This document shows, piece by piece, positions 62,370 through 64,000 of a stretch of 64,000 nt of DNA. How positions within the stretch are numbered: position 1 is the first letter of the stretch; the number at the start of each line of letters is the position of its first letter. The notes under the pieces are model-generated. The model was not told where the DNA came from and made no database searches. It saw only the letters and a list, made by a program, of their open reading frames with translations. Origin of the DNA: Macrostomum lignano. Taxonomy: Eukaryota. Position numbers and translations under genes: made by a program. Location: contig NIVC01001111.1 of NCBI GenBank assembly GCA_002269645.1, positions 248,001 through 312,000 of the forward strand. The letters run 5' to 3'.

Positions 62370-64000
62370 TAATTAATAATAATAATTGATTACATCTGCC
62401 CCAATTGGGCCAGATGTGCAACCGACAGCTCAGCCGCATTGCACGCAAGGACGACTAAAGTAACGTATACTTAAGTAGTCTTTGATTGCACGGCGCATCT
62501 GAAGGCTGCGTACGGCTGTTCAGTCCAAGGACTGCAGGGGGTCGCCACACACCCTCAATTACCCCAGCTAATGCTGGTACCCATTTTACAGCTGGGTGAA
62601 CTGAAGCAATGCAGAGTTAAGTGTCTTGCTCAAGGATGCAAATTGTTCCAGTGGAATCGGGAATCGAACCCCCGACCTTCAAGTCGTGAGTCCGACGCTC
62701 TAATCACTGGGCTCAAACCCCCCTTAGTTACGGTGATAACTGTTTAGGCATGGTTTTATTAATCTCATCCCATTCACATTGAGTGGCTACAGTCAGCCGT
62801 TGAAAGCAACTCGAGTCAAGCATTAACCGCATCGAAAACACCGCACAGCATTTGTTTCAGTTTTGCTCACCGCTGATCCACTTTGCAGCGCCCGGCTCTG
62901 CAGCTCGGCCACTTGGGCCCAGTCGGCCGTCAACTTTTCTGTGTCGCCTCGGCTCAGGCGGGGACAGGGGCACAGGGTCGGCCGGAACTGGACCTTAGAT
63001 CGAACCGCCTCCTCCCAGGGGTTGCGTTTGCGTTTCTTCACGGCTTGAAACACGCTCAGCGTGACGAATTCCGGCGCCTTAGACTGGCGCGCCTCCAGCG
63101 GGCGCATGAACCTGCAAAGCAGCGCCAAATTTACGATTCATTTACAACATAAAGAGTCTATAAGCTTTCAGAAGTTATGCGGAAACTTTCCCTGAATGCA
63201 ATCTTCCCATCTTCTGATTGAATTAACTAATATTATATTATTTTCAATACTGGGGTAGGGAATCAAAGGTTTTTGCTCTATTTCGATTTTCCCTATAGCT
63301 GATGCTAGTGATGCTTTTCACATTTCGTAGGTCAATTCGAGGTGCTTCCTTGTGATTTTTGATCGTTAAATTCTACTTGTGTTCAGGGTTGTACAGCGGT
63401 CTTTATTTCCAATCGTCAGGCATGTACACTCTCTGTACCTTGGAGGCTGGCCTTCATGGGTTTGGATCTCACGGCATCCCCTCGGCCAATTTTTGCGCAA
63501 AAGCTCCAAACGAATGCGGCCGCGCACGGAATCGAACCAGGGGTCGTGGCGCGCGAGAGTCATTCGTGTTTACCGCACTCTGCCTCCCTCGGTAACAATA
63601 TTGCTTTCCCTCACTAACACACTCACACAGTCCCATGGCGTTGTGTTTGGTTGTAGACTGATAGAAATCTATCTGAAGCATCCTATCCATACCTACGAGT
63701 GAGCACGGCACCAAAGGCCTTACCTGGGCAAGCTCATGTCAATAAAGTCCGGATACTGCTCGGCACTGGGCAGTCTCTCCAGCAGCAGAGTCGGCTCCCG
63801 GATTGCCTGATCGCGCAGCGCCACAAAGCGCTTCTTCTCCTGGTCCCGGTGAGCCGCCACCTGCCCCTGCTGCTTTGCTAACGCCAACTGTCGCCTCTCC
63901 AATCTGGTGCCCTCGCGCACATTCACCTTTAGTAGGCATTCGCCGAACGCCGTGTCCTTCTGATTGTAGGCTAAGTCGATGCCGCGGTCCAGAATCAGCC
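61106..64000 (-). CDS. 3' part of an unknown multi-exon gene; exons >64000-63724, 63111-62871, 62138-61806, 61459-61106
   Basis: Four GC-rich segments join in frame through canonical GT-AG sites (phases 2, 0, 0): LILDRGIDLAYNQKD...SLPRFMRPLE...GSAPSAPN...EKEQAVRKQQ...ERLSQ*. No family recognised. Confidence 0.8.
61690..61790 (-). mobile_element. SINE fragment (diverged subfamily)
   Basis: CATGAGGGCCAATCCCAAGGCACAGAGAGTGTACATGC...GTCAGGGCCGCTGTACACCC on the minus strand. Confidence 0.7.
62335..62723 (-). mobile_element. Full-length tRNA-derived CORE-type SINE with (TTA)n tail
   Basis: Minus strand GAGCCCAGTGATTAGAGCG...GGTTCGATTCCC head, TCCTTGAGCAAGACACTTAACTC...CAGCTGTAAAATGGG core, (TTA)n tail. 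Confidence 0.88.
63385..63590 (-). mobile_element. Diverged SINE copy
   Basis: Minus strand GGTTCGATTCC B box and CATGAAGGCCAGCCTCCAAGGTACAGAGAGTGTACATGCCTGACG. Confidence 0.7.

Noticed and set aside
47320-63420. Hammerhead-like CTGACGA...GAAA...GTC in diverged SINE copies
   Set aside because: No room for stems II and III, stem I does not pair at the cleavage site, and CCTGAC/GTCAGG would pair across the core.

Overview
Eukaryotic (animal) genomic DNA: GC-rich exons with GT-AG introns sit among AT-rich spacers and many micro/minisatellites. The style suggests a free-living flatworm such as Macrostomum, which is an inference only. Ten host genes can be supported: an orphan gene (minus), a DEG/ENaC channel whose N-terminus appears split over two large repeat-filled introns, an FMRFamide-receptor-like GPCR, a frameshifted and catalytically degenerate SLC1/EAAT-fold transporter homologue, a LicD/fukutin-family gene, a polypeptide GalNAc-transferase, a BTB protein, a vWA+DUF4537-like gene, a calmodulin-like gene and the 3' part of an unknown gene at the right edge. 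Mobile DNA includes a young full-length Ty3/Gypsy element (identical 196-bp LTRs, ATGAG TSD), two LINE fragments, two tRNA-derived SINE families (one CORE-type) and a ~7-kb TIR-bounded element in (GACA)n that carries a higher-order hairpin satellite. The leads I rate highest are the SLC1 pseudo-transporter, the TIR element with its amplified TTAG(G/C)TGGACC motif, the DEG/ENaC motif variants and gene structure, and the gag start codon overlapping the PBS. All assignments come from manual reading and translation; no database searches were run.
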